59,567 bases of DNA from a virus. Its lineage: Duplodnaviria; Caudoviricetes. A program made the position numbers and the translations under genes. Below the pieces are notes generated by a model, which was not told the DNA's origin, ran no database searches, and was given only the letters and a program-made list of their open reading frames with translations. Location of the stretch: positions 1 to 59,567 of the IMG/VR virus record IMGVR_UViG_3300030059_001596, one strand, 5' to 3'. Positions 25,857 to 36,680 of the stretch are shown one piece after another; positions within the stretch are counted from its first letter, which is position 1; each line of letters starts with the position of its first letter.

Positions 25857-27836
25857 TTATGTTCCCGGTAATGGTTGACGAGTTACGACTTCTTCTTCTA
25901 CTTCTTCTACGCCTCCTCCACTGGTTCCAAACCGCGATTCTTCTAATCTCGCGCGTTCTTCATTAGCTATATCCTTTATGATGTCATATTGGAAAATAGT
26001 CTTATCGTCAGTCCATTCAGCACCTCCTTTGTAATCTGGGATCTTCCCTGTAGTTTTACCTATTCTAATCACCATGTCTCCCGGCTCGTATGAAACCCCA
26101 TCGATTGTTGTTGTTTCTGTCGGGAACTCGAGTCTTATACCTCCATCACCCTGACCTGTATCCGTAGACATTACATCATCGTACATCTCACTTGGAAGTA
26201 TCGCTTGGATAACATTCTCATATACTTCTTTGATCTGAACCTGTGGATCATTAAGATTATTAATGTCACCACCAAGCTCTGCCTGAATATAACTCAACGG
26301 AGTTTGCTCACTCCCCCCTAATGAACGCGAAGCTGCCGCATCAATCGTTGGGTAATCCTCCAGCGATCCAGTTCCTCCCGCGGCACCTTTCCCGAAGTCG
26401 TCGTTAGACATGTCTATATCGTAGGCGTCCAAAGCAACATTCCACGGTGATCCTTTCGGGGTAGCCCCTCCATACAGCGCTCTCATAGCTTGAGTGGTAC
26501 TCATTCCTTTTATATTAATAGGTTTAGATGTTTTATCAGCTCGTCTTATTATAAAGGATGTTACATTTCCCTCATCATCGACCTCCCTGTCTATTGTTTC
26601 AATACGAGAATCTCCTTCAGCTAAGTTTTTATTAACCTCATTAACAAGGTTCTGCGCCCCTGATGAAGCTCCCGCTTCACCTAATATAATAAAGTCTCTT
26701 AAAGAGTTCATATATCCGTGAGCTATATCTATCTCTCTGGTCTGACCTGCCTCCAGATTGGACTGCTTCTGCTCAGTGAATCCTTTAACCTTCTTTATTT
26801 TTTGGTCTATCTGAGACTCTAAAGCTAACCTTGCCGCCTCTTCAATTCGAGCTATCTGCTCTGGACTATAGTCAACCTTTAAGTCGCCCGACCCACTTGG
26901 GTCAGGGATTAATCTTACTCTATCAGGATCTTCAGCCAACTCCTCGTCTGTCCAATCTTGCTTATAGGCTTCAGCCGTAAACCCAAGTTTATCTTGAGCT
27001 ATGCTGGCCATCTTGCCAGTGGTAGAGGTAAGAGTTTTTACCAGCCCCGTCATCATTTCTTCACTCTGATCCAACTGCCTCCAATCTTCTATACTACGTA
27101 CAGCTTGGTTATCTAATAAAGTAGAGCTGATAACTTCAGCTAAAGATCCCACTTCTGCCTGAGCCATTTCAGTTGTACTGGTGTAGTCCGTTCTATTTGT
27201 AGCCCTTACACCTATGCTTCCTAAACTGGCTTGGTTAGCTGGGTTGTTAGCATCGTAAGGCTCTCCTGTCTTAGGGTCATTACCTACTCTTACATACGCA
27301 AGCTCTCCCGTGGCAGCATTGCCAGAAAGATTCCAATTTTTCAAGACCCCAAGCCCTGCTACACTTCCGTTAATAGCTTGCTCCAGCGTAGTAGATTCGT
27401 TCTCCTCCGCTCTTCTGTTATTCTCATTAAAATCTGCCTCAAAACTCCCCAAGTTTTTTTTAAGAAAAGTAAAGCTATCGCTTACCCTTTGCTGATACCT
27501 TTGGTTTTCGCCTGGAGTAACAAGACCTCTGCGTACAAGATCCATCTGCACAGACAGGGCGTTCTTAGCCCACTCACTGCCCTCTAACACAGACTCGTTC
27601 AGAGTTTTATTATTGTACTGATCGAACTCTCCAGCGCGGTTCATCTCCTCGATGTTCGCCTTCTCTATCTCCGACTTCTGAGTTTCCCTGTCGTCACGTA
27701 CAGTGTTAATAGTGTCCGTTAAGTTCTTACTTATAGTACCCCAATCGACCTGCGTTTTCGCCAGGTCTCTCTCTTCTCTATATACGTACTTGTCGGTATC
27801 TAATACCTTACTCGATATACTAAAATCTTTTGCCAT
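25857..27836 (-). CDS. Putative internal virion/ejection protein
   Basis: 659 aa, between the small ejection protein and the giant protein; podovirus-like synteny. Confidence 0.6.
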   Translation of the reverse strand: MAKDFSISSKVLDTDKYVYREERDLAKTQVDWGTISKNLTDTINTVRDDRETQKSEIEKANIEEMNRAGEFDQYNNKTLNESVLEGSEWAKNALSVQMDLVRRGLVTPGENQRYQQRVSDSFTFLKKNLGSFEADFNENNRRAEENESTTLEQAINGSVAGLGVLKNWNLSGNAATGELAYVRVGNDPKTGEPYDANNPANQASLGSIGVRATNRTDYTSTTEMAQAEVGSLAEVISSTLLDNQAVRSIEDWRQLDQSEEMMTGLVKTLTSTTGKMASIAQDKLGFTAEAYKQDWTDEELAEDPDRVRLIPDPSGSGDLKVDYSPEQIARIEEAARLALESQIDQKIKKVKGFTEQKQSNLEAGQTREIDIAHGYMNSLRDFIILGEAGASSGAQNLVNEVNKNLAEGDSRIETIDREVDDEGNVTSFIIRRADKTSKPINIKGMSTTQAMRALYGGATPKGSPWNVALDAYDIDMSNDDFGKGAAGGTGSLEDYPTIDAAASRSLGGSEQTPLSYIQAELGGDINNLNDPQVQIKEVYENVIQAILPSEMYDDVMSTDTGQGDGGIRLEFPTETTTIDGVSYEPGDMVIRIGKTTGKIPDYKGGAEWTDDKTIFQYDIIKDIANEERARLEESRFGTSGGGVEEVEEEVVTRQPLPGT

Positions 27837-27838
27837 TA

Positions 27839-28591
27839 TTAGTTAAATATTGAGAAGTCAAAATCCTTAAAGTCATCTCTAACCCCTTGACGATATTGTT
27901 GGCCGGTAATTTCTACCCCTGAAATTTTATCCATAAGAGCCATTCTTTGTTCATAATTCAGGTTAGAAGGATCTATTCCCATACCTTCCAAAAACTTATT
28001 GTTACCCACCAAACCTTGAGCCCTCTTATCGTTCATGCTCCTGCCATATAGTGGGGCCATATCTCCTACTCCTTGAGCTACTTGACCTATACCTTGGAAG
28101 CCAGCCTCTATACCCCTGCGCCTTTGCTCTGCTGCCTCACGAGATTTCTGGTCCTGCATCTTAGCCTCACCCACATCCATAGAAATAAGCTGCTGCTTCT
28201 GCTGCTCTTTTGCGTCAGCCTTCATCTTCTCTAAACCAAACATCTCATCAGACATATTCATACGTGTAGCTTGAGCCTCCTGGTTCTGTTGCGCCCCTAC
28301 CCTACCTACACCAGCCGCTAACGACCTTGAGTCACCCTCTTGTAAAGCCTCGATAGCTTGTCTATCCGCCGCTAAGTTAGCTTCGAACTCTGCTTCGAAA
28401 GATTCTAAGCCTAAGCTTAACTCTCCGTATTCATTCTGTTCCGCTCTCTTCCGAGCGTTCATCATCATACGCTTCGCTTCGTTGTCAGCATTTTGCTGAG
28501 CTGTGCGGGCCGAACCTGCGTCAGTGAAGCCCTTTATAGAGGTAGCTATACCAGATCCTATTCCTATTACTGCCGATGTTGTTACTGCCAT
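27839..28591 (-). CDS. Putative ejection/pilot protein
   Basis: Gly/Ala hydrophobic N-terminus followed by Q/A/E-rich helices, typical of podovirus small ejection proteins. Confidence 0.65.
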   Translation of the reverse strand: MAVTTSAVIGIGSGIATSIKGFTDAGSARTAQQNADNEAKRMMMNARKRAEQNEYGELSLGLESFEAEFEANLAADRQAIEALQEGDSRSLAAGVGRVGAQQNQEAQATRMNMSDEMFGLEKMKADAKEQQKQQLISMDVGEAKMQDQKSREAAEQRRRGIEAGFQGIGQVAQGVGDMAPLYGRSMNDKRAQGLVGNNKFLEGMGIDPSNLNYEQRMALMDKISGVEITGQQYRQGVRDDFKDFDFSIFN

Positions 28592-28592
28592 A

Positions 28593-29003
28593 TCAAATAT
28601 GTTTAATCATTTCCGTAGAGTAAGAGGAAGCTTCAGTAAATCCCATCTTTACGTATGTGTTTATTAGTGGTTTATTCTTTATTAACGCGTATATAAATTT
28701 ATTGCCTAAATCTTTAGCCAACCTCTCCACTGTTTGAACCAGAAGTTCGAGAGCTCTCTTCCTTCCTTCCCTATTTTTGTAGTGGATGTTAGATATTATC
28801 CAGTCACACCATACAGCTTTAGAGTTAGTTCTATACATAAAGCCAGCACAAACAGGAACTCCGTCATCGTAGACGATAAAACCTCCCACCCCGTCGTCAG
28901 GTAAAAAGTCTTTAGAAGGTGGTGTCCACCTCCAATCTTTCCACCATTGGCATAAGATGTTTTCATAATCCCCTTCTTGTAATGGCTCTATACTTAATTG
29001 CAT
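28593..29003 (-). CDS. GNAT-fold protein
   Basis: GFIVY..PVCAGF...WIISN...YVKMGF; position between tail and ejection genes; TATCTTTG at 29009-29016. Confidence 0.65.
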   Translation of the reverse strand: MQLSIEPLQEGDYENILCQWWKDWRWTPPSKDFLPDDGVGGFIVYDDGVPVCAGFMYRTNSKAVWCDWIISNIHYKNREGRKRALELLVQTVERLAKDLGNKFIYALIKNKPLINTYVKMGFTEASSYSTEMIKHI

Positions 29004-29023
29004 TCATGCAAAGATAGCACAAA

Positions 29024-29872
29024 TTATGGATAACTCTTCATGACACTGCTTCCTACTGCAAATAATTCTACAGCTGCGGTGTTTACATTTTCTAATTTAA
29101 ACTGCATAAAGTATCCTCGAGCTCCATGTGATTCCGCTACCACATCTTTAAAGTAAAAGATAAAGTCTCCTATCGCAGGAGATATCCCTGTATCCCCAGT
29201 GCCTGGCTCAGGAATGGTTGGGTCTATGCTTAAAGTATTTGCATTAAAAACACCACCTATATTATTCACTTCGGTAACCTGACCTACATATATAGGAGCT
29301 CCCGTAGCTACAGGAGGGCTGCCCGTTAAGGGCGTAGAGTATATATAATCTCCTACACTAACAATAGAACCTACCGCCACCGTAAATATAATAATTGTTA
29401 CAGCGGGAGATCCATATACCTGATCGGCACTACCTATTCCATTTACACTCCTGTCTTTGTAGTCTCGAGTACCTTCGTTCTCTCGCAAGAATGTAAACCA
29501 CTCTCCTTCTTTTTGCTCAAAATATGTTGCCAACATAGAGCCAGACCCCAAGTCCGTAATCAAACTTGTGCAAGCCCACCTGTCGTCGCTTTCGTATGAC
29601 ATAGTCTTGAAGAGCTTAATCGTCTTAGGCTCAATGTTTAATACGGCGGTAAGGGTAGAGTTATATTGAACTCCGTAGTAGTTATTCCTGGTTTCGTTTA
29701 CATTATGACGGTATAAATTTCCGCCGCTAATAGTTCCGTCTTCATTTTCCGCAGGACCAAAGCTATAGAAATACCCATTCATACCAATCATATAGTTAGG
29801 TAGGTAAGAGTAGAAAGACGGCCATCCCTTAGAGTCTTGAGAGTACGATAATGTAGCTTCTTTATCTGCCAT
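29024..29872 (-). CDS. Tail structural protein (resembles C-terminal part of muzzle/stabilisation proteins)
   Basis: TLSYS...GWPSFYSY.P...GNLYRHN...YYGVQY...KEGEWF...RGYFM...ELFAV. Confidence 0.65.
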   Translation of the reverse strand: MADKEATLSYSQDSKGWPSFYSYLPNYMIGMNGYFYSFGPAENEDGTISGGNLYRHNVNETRNNYYGVQYNSTLTAVLNIEPKTIKLFKTMSYESDDRWACTSLITDLGSGSMLATYFEQKEGEWFTFLRENEGTRDYKDRSVNGIGSADQVYGSPAVTIIIFTVAVGSIVSVGDYIYSTPLTGSPPVATGAPIYVGQVTEVNNIGGVFNANTLSIDPTIPEPGTGDTGISPAIGDFIFYFKDVVAESHGARGYFMQFKLENVNTAAVELFAVGSSVMKSYP

Positions 29873-29883
29873 AGTATTTTATA

Positions 29884-30843
29884 TTAACAAGTTCCTGCAC
29901 ATGCAGCGCTGATATTAGTAATTGTTCCGTTAGCGTCAACGGTAACACATTTTGTTACACCGTCTCCATCTTCAACAGGGTATACCCCTGCAGACACGGG
30001 TGTCTCTCCTGTGTAATTTTCAAACGCCCAGTCATTAATACCCAACATAGTATTTGTTCCATCACCCCCTGGCGCCACCGAACATGTGTACATAACTTTA
30101 CTTAAAGGAGAGCAAGCGCTTCCTGAAACACGATTGTATGGGAATGGGTTAAGAGATTTAGGGCAATAAGCCACCATATTCCATACCGTAGAATTTCCCG
30201 GTCCATATATAGTTATCGCTACTGTTTGGACGGACGGATCGGTTTTCGGAATGACCATATATGCTCTATCCAGCACATTATATCCCGTAGGTGTTAATGA
30301 AACGTCAGTAGCAGGAACGGTGGGGATAGACTCCGTCCCATTAGCAATAAAGACGCCAAGACTATCGTTCCATAGATAACTTATAGCTGTAACGAAAGGT
30401 CCCGCGGGCGATCCATTAACTATAGGCGGAGTCAGCAGCCCCCCAGTGGAAATAGATCCTATATATCCTTGTCTATACCCGTGAGGACGAGAAGAATACT
30501 CTGAAGCAGAGAGGCCATTATAGCTCCATGTCAACATATCCGGGAAATTTTGAGGATCAAATGCTATTACCACCGCTCCCACAGCACTCCCTACATCGTA
30601 GTTAACGTGATAAACTCCCTGCCCTGCATTAGCATTAACCGGACCGTCACAGTCTGCAAATCCTGCACCACACTCAGGGCAAGCTTGACAGGGACCTAAG
30701 ACGCCGCTAAGCTTCTGGCGATACACGCCGCCTACCTGATACCACCCATCAGCTGATGGTATAGATAAAGAAGAGTCGGTCCATATATCTGTTGCGTCAC
30801 AGAATACTGTACTGTCGTAATAAAAAGTTGAAGGAGTTGGCAT
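29884..30843 (-). CDS. Cys-containing tail-associated protein
   Basis: 319 aa, beta-rich; ADGWY...CQACPEC; C-terminus similar to that of the upstream gene. Confidence 0.6.
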   Translation of the reverse strand: MPTPSTFYYDSTVFCDATDIWTDSSLSIPSADGWYQVGGVYRQKLSGVLGPCQACPECGAGFADCDGPVNANAGQGVYHVNYDVGSAVGAVVIAFDPQNFPDMLTWSYNGLSASEYSSRPHGYRQGYIGSISTGGLLTPPIVNGSPAGPFVTAISYLWNDSLGVFIANGTESIPTVPATDVSLTPTGYNVLDRAYMVIPKTDPSVQTVAITIYGPGNSTVWNMVAYCPKSLNPFPYNRVSGSACSPLSKVMYTCSVAPGGDGTNTMLGINDWAFENYTGETPVSAGVYPVEDGDGVTKCVTVDANGTITNISAACAGTC

Positions 30844-30854
30844 GATTTAATTTT

Positions 30855-33800
30855 TTAACATGTTCCTGAATTTGTAACTATACCTCCTGGCCCTACCTGA
30901 ATCCAGTTCTTAGGTGTGGCGGCGGAAGGTTGAGAGGGGTCTACTACATAGAACCCTGGAGTTCCAAGACCCACTGATGGCTGACAAGAGACGTTACCTG
31001 CAGCATACACAATATCTCCTATAACAGGTATCGGTCCCGCTCCCGTAAATGATATTTGGTTGCTTCCAAAACTATTTGTATCCACCGCACATGCCGAAGG
31101 TTGACTCGACTGCACTGGGCTAAACCAACATCTATTGCAAGCTGTCGTACAATTACAACACGCGTCATCAGCGCTTACAGCACTATAACACAACTGGTCT
31201 TCTGTGACATCTCTGAAATCCCAAACCAGGTATAGATAATCGTTGGCTCCAGGCATAGCGAAAGCTGTTTCTGTAGCTTGGAAGATAGGAGTTGAAGGGT
31301 TTGTTATAGGAACTATCTCACTTGCCGCAGCCAGTAAAGACGTTATGTCCGCTACGGTATTGGTATACAGAGTGTTACTTGACAGTATTCTAAACTTATG
31401 CAGAGTAGGGTTGAAAGAAAAATCATCCGGCGGAATTTGTGTAGTCCGAAGAGTTATATTTGATCCGTCGTATGGGAATATCCCTTGCGATACATTTCCC
31501 GTCTGTTCAAGATAAGCTGACGTAGCTGCCCCTCCTATCATAATAACAGGTGTAGAAGATATCGGACTGGTTGTCACGCCATCACTCCAATCAAAACCAT
31601 AATGTATAGATTCGTTTATATAGTTATTACCGTTTACTACAACTTGAATTAACGTCACGTTATCTTGAGGAGGACACCCAGGAGTTAAGCTGTAAGAAGC
31701 GGGCACATTTCCTGGCAAACCAGCGCTATAAGGCGCTATACTAAACGTTGCTGTTGTTGGGTTAGAAGACGTTTTATTAAAAGACAAAGTTCCGTTAGTA
31801 CTTACCACCCCTGTGCTATAAGTCACCCCGTTCCAAGTGACGCTTATAATAATAGACCCCTGAGTTATACTGTATGGAATATCTATTTGACCAATTAAAG
31901 AGCCAAAGTTAACGGTATAGTTTAACGTTTGGTCGGCAGCATTTTGACTTGCCTCTTGCCCGCACGGAAACTCTACCAATGGCATAGGTATCTGAATACT
32001 ATTCATCCCCAGTACATATTCATTCATATAAGGGTCGTACCCTCCTAACTTTTGAGTAGTAATTTGAGCGGTAAATTGATCCCTAAAATAAGACCGCATC
32101 CCCATTTGAGAAATTACCTGTAGTTGATCAGACCCTCTACTGGCTCCCGTTAAAGACAGAACCGCACTTCTCTTAGCGTCAGTGAAGTACATGCTGTGTC
32201 CCCACTGAACAAAACTTTCTGGGTTAAAACTTATTCCATACTCCTCTATGCGAGCTATCTGCGTTCCTAAAACTTCAGGCACAGAAGCTATAGCCCCTCC
32301 TCCTGTAGAGTCTGTAATAACATTCTTGCTTGATAGGACATATGAAATCCTGTCTTCTTGCAGTACCAGTATATCTGTCTCACGAGAATGTAAAACCTGT
32401 ATAGGACCAAAATTAGTTTCTAAGTCTTTATAATTTACCAGTCCTAAATTAAACTCGTTTAAATTATTAAAGTTTGACCCATTGCTAAAGACTCCACTGT
32501 ATGTCATACCCGCAAACCTATCCGCCTCGCTAAAGGTTTGGTTAGACTCTGCCATAACTCTGTCCCCCAATAAGAAAAACTTTCCGTCAATACGGTCTTC
32601 TATTCTAAAACTCTCTACCCCATTACCAAACACGTAGCAGTTATAAAAATCTAACGTTGTAATAAGAGGCAAAGCAGAGGATTGGCTTTGACCACCTGCG
32701 ACTACAGAGTATGGCCCGTTAGGGGCCGCCCACTCTTGTGCCGCCAAATGATAAGAGTTACCGTCTGTAAGAGAAGTGTAGCACGGAGTCATATCTGAAG
32801 CGTCGTAGAATAAATTTGGGTCTACAGCTGCGGGCTCAGTTTCAAAACAGAATGTTCCTGAAGAATAATTAATAGTTACTTCCAAACGGGTGACAGATTC
32901 TTTCTCCTGAAAGACCAGCTGTGTACACGTAGGGATACCTGATTTATTCTTTATGCGAAAATTTCCCGCCCCGTCATCTGTAACATATACTTTAGAAGTA
33001 AAACAATCTACGGGAACTACTTCTGTATTGTTGTATTCACCGGAGTCAAACTCTAAGGACATTTCCCCCACGTTTTGGGTAGCTTGATCTGTTGTACATA
33101 ACTGCGGAAACCCTAACTGTATTAAACACACCCGTATATTTGCATATGTTTCATTAACAAGTTGGTCCCCACTATCCCAGATAATAACTTTGTCTGAACA
33201 TTGATTGTTATTTGTACCTGTACGGCTATTATGTACACGCACCCTAACAGTACTTCCCGCAGGAACCTCCCCTGATATCGGCGGAGAAGTGGCTGGAACT
33301 AAATCATTAATGTCATTACAGTTTTCTACCTGTCCGTTTGTATTGGTTACGGTGTCATTAGAAGATATGTTAGTTTGAGCGTTATTCCCTTCAGTAGCCC
33401 ACCCACTGGCCTTTAGCCTCATGTATATACCCGCTGGGTTGGTGGAGTTTATCTGCTGAGAGTATATAGCTTCTTTATCTAAAACTTCTGCTGTAAGGAA
33501 AGCCCCTACCGCTCCATTAGCGTCTCGCTTTACTGTAAGCACATCCCCTACTGAGACTATGTTTTGACTATCCCCCTCCAGCCTAAACCAATAGCTTTCT
33601 GAATCGGCAATAAAAGGTTCAGGTCCCACGTCGGATCCATCCTGTTTAAACACCATAGTGCTCCATATGGTATTGTATAGCCCCTGCGTAGGTTTTAATA
33701 CAAATTTATAGAACTTAGCCCAATAAGGAGCTAAGTTTTGTAATTGAACCTGTATCTTGTTTTGAAAAATAGAAGTGCTGGCGGGAAAAAATATACTGTT

Positions 33801-35750
33801 GTTTTGGCTTGTCAATACCGTAGAGGACCTACCGTATTCATCCATATACACTACCCCCACTTCATAATCTCTATGGCTATGTAGGCTCCCGCTGGTCGGT
33901 AAAGTTTGCATAAACCCACCTGAGCTTCCTAAATTAAAAGCCAAGTACTCATACTGAATAGTTTCTGTAGGAGTAGAGTTAAAGTAGTATGTAGCCGCAG
34001 GAACCTGCAATGTAAACGTAGAACCAGCTACCGTAAGATCAAAACTTTGTTGAGTACATACGGGAGCGAGGGGAGGGAAAGGCGTCATCCCCGTTACAGC
34101 GCATGGGTTTGAGATAGCTGTATCTACCAGCAGTAAATAATCCGATCCATTTTGCCAAGCATATGGAAGAGAGTTGTTAAACACATCTGTTAACGTAGTC
34201 CCTAAACTTGTAGGGTTTACTGTAGGAGGGTATAAGGGTGGTACAGGAGTTGTATATGGGATTAGCTGGAGAAAGGTGTTGTCTGATCCCACAGCTGCGG
34301 CAAACTCTTGAGACGAAAGCATTTGATTGACAGACGTATATGTCTGACTGGCCACAAAAGTAAGCGTCACTCCAAACGAAGGGATAACAGTTGCAGCGGG
34401 CTGTTGAGCGCTTCCGCTTCTCGCACTCTGTACGTTTTGTAAAGCCAATTGAAAACGAAATGTAGTTCCCGCAACAATGTCTTCTGTAATAGAAGAGAGA
34501 TCAAACCCTATAGTAGCGTCAGATATTACCGTTGCTGGAGCTGCTGGATCTATACTATAAGTTCCTGGCGACCCCGCTGGCGTGGGGAAATCAGATACTC
34601 CTAACTCTTGAGAGTCGGCGTTAAGCCAGTAGTCCATCTGAATAAGGTCTCCATCTTCCCTATTAGTGATGTCATACTGATCAACATAGTTACCATACAT
34701 TAATCTATTGCCTTGAATAGTTTGAGCTTTTGCTATTCGAGGAACATTGTCGTAGAGCCTAAGCAACTCATCAGACCCCAGCAAAGTAAGTATCTTACTA
34801 TTGTCAAATTGCTGAGAAAAATAGGAGTCGTCAGGGATACCTAAGTCTTGCTTGTTATATGTTTTTACAATAAAAATATTATTGCTCGTAGTGTCTTTAT
34901 ATAGAAGCTGTATCTCCTTTACTCTTCGTGATCCTGTAGAAAAATAGACCTGCGCGGTATTAAACCTATTTACCATTCCAACGTTTTTAAACGTCTCATT
35001 GCTGAAAGCAAAAGTTTTAGGTTCAAAAGCGGGGTTGCTAAACAAAGAGGTGGCGCTATACCCCTCATCTAAATATCTATATCGATATGCAAATCTTAAA
35101 AACCGCATCTCTAAATAATCACCTTGAAAATCTACTTGATTAGACATCTCTACAAAAGGAGAGCGCAAGGGGTTGTTTAAAGTGACAGTACTTACATCCT
35201 CAAACCCAGGGGGTTTAACAATAACACTGATGTCCTCCTCTTCAATTCCGTCAGTTAGACCTGTTGGTACAGGGTAGTTTCTGGTTACGTTAATATATCT
35301 CGGAGGGTTAAGGTCGTCGGTAAAGAATAAAAGATTCTCAATTTTATTTACCGCGTTGATAAGGTATGTAGGGTTGAAGTTTAAAACACTGGTGCTAACA
35401 ACATGATACAATAACGTGTTGGTGTTAGTATTATATGATAGTATCATATCTACCTCCACTTGCCCTGTTGCAGGGTCGCCTGGATCGTAAACAAACCAAT
35501 AGATAGTTTCCGCCATGCCATCTTCAAACGCTCCTATACACCGCGCGTTAGCCGATAGAGGATTTCCGTTGTACTCAATATTGGGAGTAAGGTTGGTGTT
35601 ACCCTTAGAGTTTTCTACCGCCCCGATCTCTGTGGATTCGGTAGAACCCAAGCGTACATTTAATGCATCTACATATTCGCCTACAGGAACTAAGCGTTCG
35701 TCGACGCTTTTGTTCATTCTACCAGCAATAAAGTTAGTTTGTATCAGCAT
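30855..35750 (-). CDS. Tail muzzle/stabilisation protein (1631 aa)
   Basis: F..GRMNKSVDERLVP.GEY.DALN, LFFTDDLNPPR, RFAYRYRY.D, GNRLMYGNY, YGIS.NPESF, LGGYDPY. Confidence 0.75.
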   Translation of the reverse strand: MLIQTNFIAGRMNKSVDERLVPVGEYVDALNVRLGSTESTEIGAVENSKGNTNLTPNIEYNGNPLSANARCIGAFEDGMAETIYWFVYDPGDPATGQVEVDMILSYNTNTNTLLYHVVSTSVLNFNPTYLINAVNKIENLLFFTDDLNPPRYINVTRNYPVPTGLTDGIEEEDISVIVKPPGFEDVSTVTLNNPLRSPFVEMSNQVDFQGDYLEMRFLRFAYRYRYLDEGYSATSLFSNPAFEPKTFAFSNETFKNVGMVNRFNTAQVYFSTGSRRVKEIQLLYKDTTSNNIFIVKTYNKQDLGIPDDSYFSQQFDNSKILTLLGSDELLRLYDNVPRIAKAQTIQGNRLMYGNYVDQYDITNREDGDLIQMDYWLNADSQELGVSDFPTPAGSPGTYSIDPAAPATVISDATIGFDLSSITEDIVAGTTFRFQLALQNVQSARSGSAQQPAATVIPSFGVTLTFVASQTYTSVNQMLSSQEFAAAVGSDNTFLQLIPYTTPVPPLYPPTVNPTSLGTTLTDVFNNSLPYAWQNGSDYLLLVDTAISNPCAVTGMTPFPPLAPVCTQQSFDLTVAGSTFTLQVPAATYYFNSTPTETIQYEYLAFNLGSSGGFMQTLPTSGSLHSHRDYEVGVVYMDEYGRSSTVLTSQNNSIFFPASTSIFQNKIQVQLQNLAPYWAKFYKFVLKPTQGLYNTIWSTMVFKQDGSDVGPEPFIADSESYWFRLEGDSQNIVSVGDVLTVKRDANGAVGAFLTAEVLDKEAIYSQQINSTNPAGIYMRLKASGWATEGNNAQTNISSNDTVTNTNGQVENCNDINDLVPATSPPISGEVPAGSTVRVRVHNSRTGTNNNQCSDKVIIWDSGDQLVNETYANIRVCLIQLGFPQLCTTDQATQNVGEMSLEFDSGEYNNTEVVPVDCFTSKVYVTDDGAGNFRIKNKSGIPTCTQLVFQEKESVTRLEVTINYSSGTFCFETEPAAVDPNLFYDASDMTPCYTSLTDGNSYHLAAQEWAAPNGPYSVVAGGQSQSSALPLITTLDFYNCYVFGNGVESFRIEDRIDGKFFLLGDRVMAESNQTFSEADRFAGMTYSGVFSNGSNFNNLNEFNLGLVNYKDLETNFGPIQVLHSRETDILVLQEDRISYVLSSKNVITDSTGGGAIASVPEVLGTQIARIEEYGISFNPESFVQWGHSMYFTDAKRSAVLSLTGASRGSDQLQVISQMGMRSYFRDQFTAQITTQKLGGYDPYMNEYVLGMNSIQIPMPLVEFPCGQEASQNAADQTLNYTVNFGSLIGQIDIPYSITQGSIIISVTWNGVTYSTGVVSTNGTLSFNKTSSNPTTATFSIAPYSAGLPGNVPASYSLTPGCPPQDNVTLIQVVVNGNNYINESIHYGFDWSDGVTTSPISSTPVIMIGGAATSAYLEQTGNVSQGIFPYDGSNITLRTTQIPPDDFSFNPTLHKFRILSSNTLYTNTVADITSLLAAASEIVPITNPSTPIFQATETAFAMPGANDYLYLVWDFRDVTEDQLCYSAVSADDACCNCTTACNRCWFSPVQSSQPSACAVDTNSFGSNQISFTGAGPIPVIGDIVYAAGNVSCQPSVGLGTPGFYVVDPSQPSAATPKNWIQVGPGGIVTNSGTC

Positions 35751-35751
35751 A

Positions 35752-36675
35752 TTACTTTATCCATTTAGCCTGCCCCCTCATATTCATAAGGAGTCTGCCA
35801 GGGTGCATGTTACTTAATCTAAGTTTAGCGTTACGAAGTAAAGACGATTTGTCTTTCCGTGCTCTATTAATAATATACTCCTGCGCGGACAGTCTATTGT
35901 TTAAAATAGAATACTTAATGGCTGCATAGATATAATCTTCAAATAATTTATTCACACTTACCTTAGAGTCTTTCCCCTTTTCCATCCCGTCAGAGATATA
36001 TTCTAACACCACTGACTGCGACGCCATGCCTGAACTAAAGTTTATTACTCCCGATCTTTTATTGATATTAAAAGTAGGGTTGCTGTTGGCCGTTTCCGTG
36101 TTTAAACCAAACCTTGCTCCAACCTGGTAATCGAAATACCAAGCCCCATCACACTGATAACCCATCGCCCCATTGTACGGGCTGCCTGCGTTTAAATATA
36201 TGCTTTGTTTCTGCCCCGTAATTCTGTCTATATCTAACTGAGAGTCATTAGGCTTAAGAATATCTCCATACGCATCAAATAAAACCCTGTACTGATTGTC
36301 TTGAAGGTATGCTCCACTCCAGTTGGTTTGTATATTTTCCGTAAGAGGTCTTAAGACTCCGTTCTGGTACAAAGAAATCCTCACCCAATTTACATAGTCG
36401 GGAGGCAAAACAAAACGCAACTGATCGTTTACTTGTAGCTGAAGGATTTTTATCTCCTTCATGGCGTCATAGTTTAATTCTTGTATAGCTCTCTTAGCAA
36501 AGAATAAAACTTGATACCTACTGATATTATTTATAAGCTCATTGTTTCCCTGATACATCAACATAAAGTTGTTGACAATATCGTCTAATGTGACATACTG
36601 ATAAGACCCCCAGTTCTCATCTTGTGGAGAGACTTGGTTATTTTCGTAGTATTCGTAATCTGTTATATACGCCAT
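35752..36675 (-). CDS. Tail ring/tubular protein
   Basis: LPPDYVNWVRI, VVLEYISDG; position in the tail module. Confidence 0.65.
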   Translation of the reverse strand: MAYITDYEYYENNQVSPQDENWGSYQYVTLDDIVNNFMLMYQGNNELINNISRYQVLFFAKRAIQELNYDAMKEIKILQLQVNDQLRFVLPPDYVNWVRISLYQNGVLRPLTENIQTNWSGAYLQDNQYRVLFDAYGDILKPNDSQLDIDRITGQKQSIYLNAGSPYNGAMGYQCDGAWYFDYQVGARFGLNTETANSNPTFNINKRSGVINFSSGMASQSVVLEYISDGMEKGKDSKVSVNKLFEDYIYAAIKYSILNNRLSAQEYIINRARKDKSSLLRNAKLRLSNMHPGRLLMNMRGQAKWIK

Positions 36676-36680
36676 AATCT

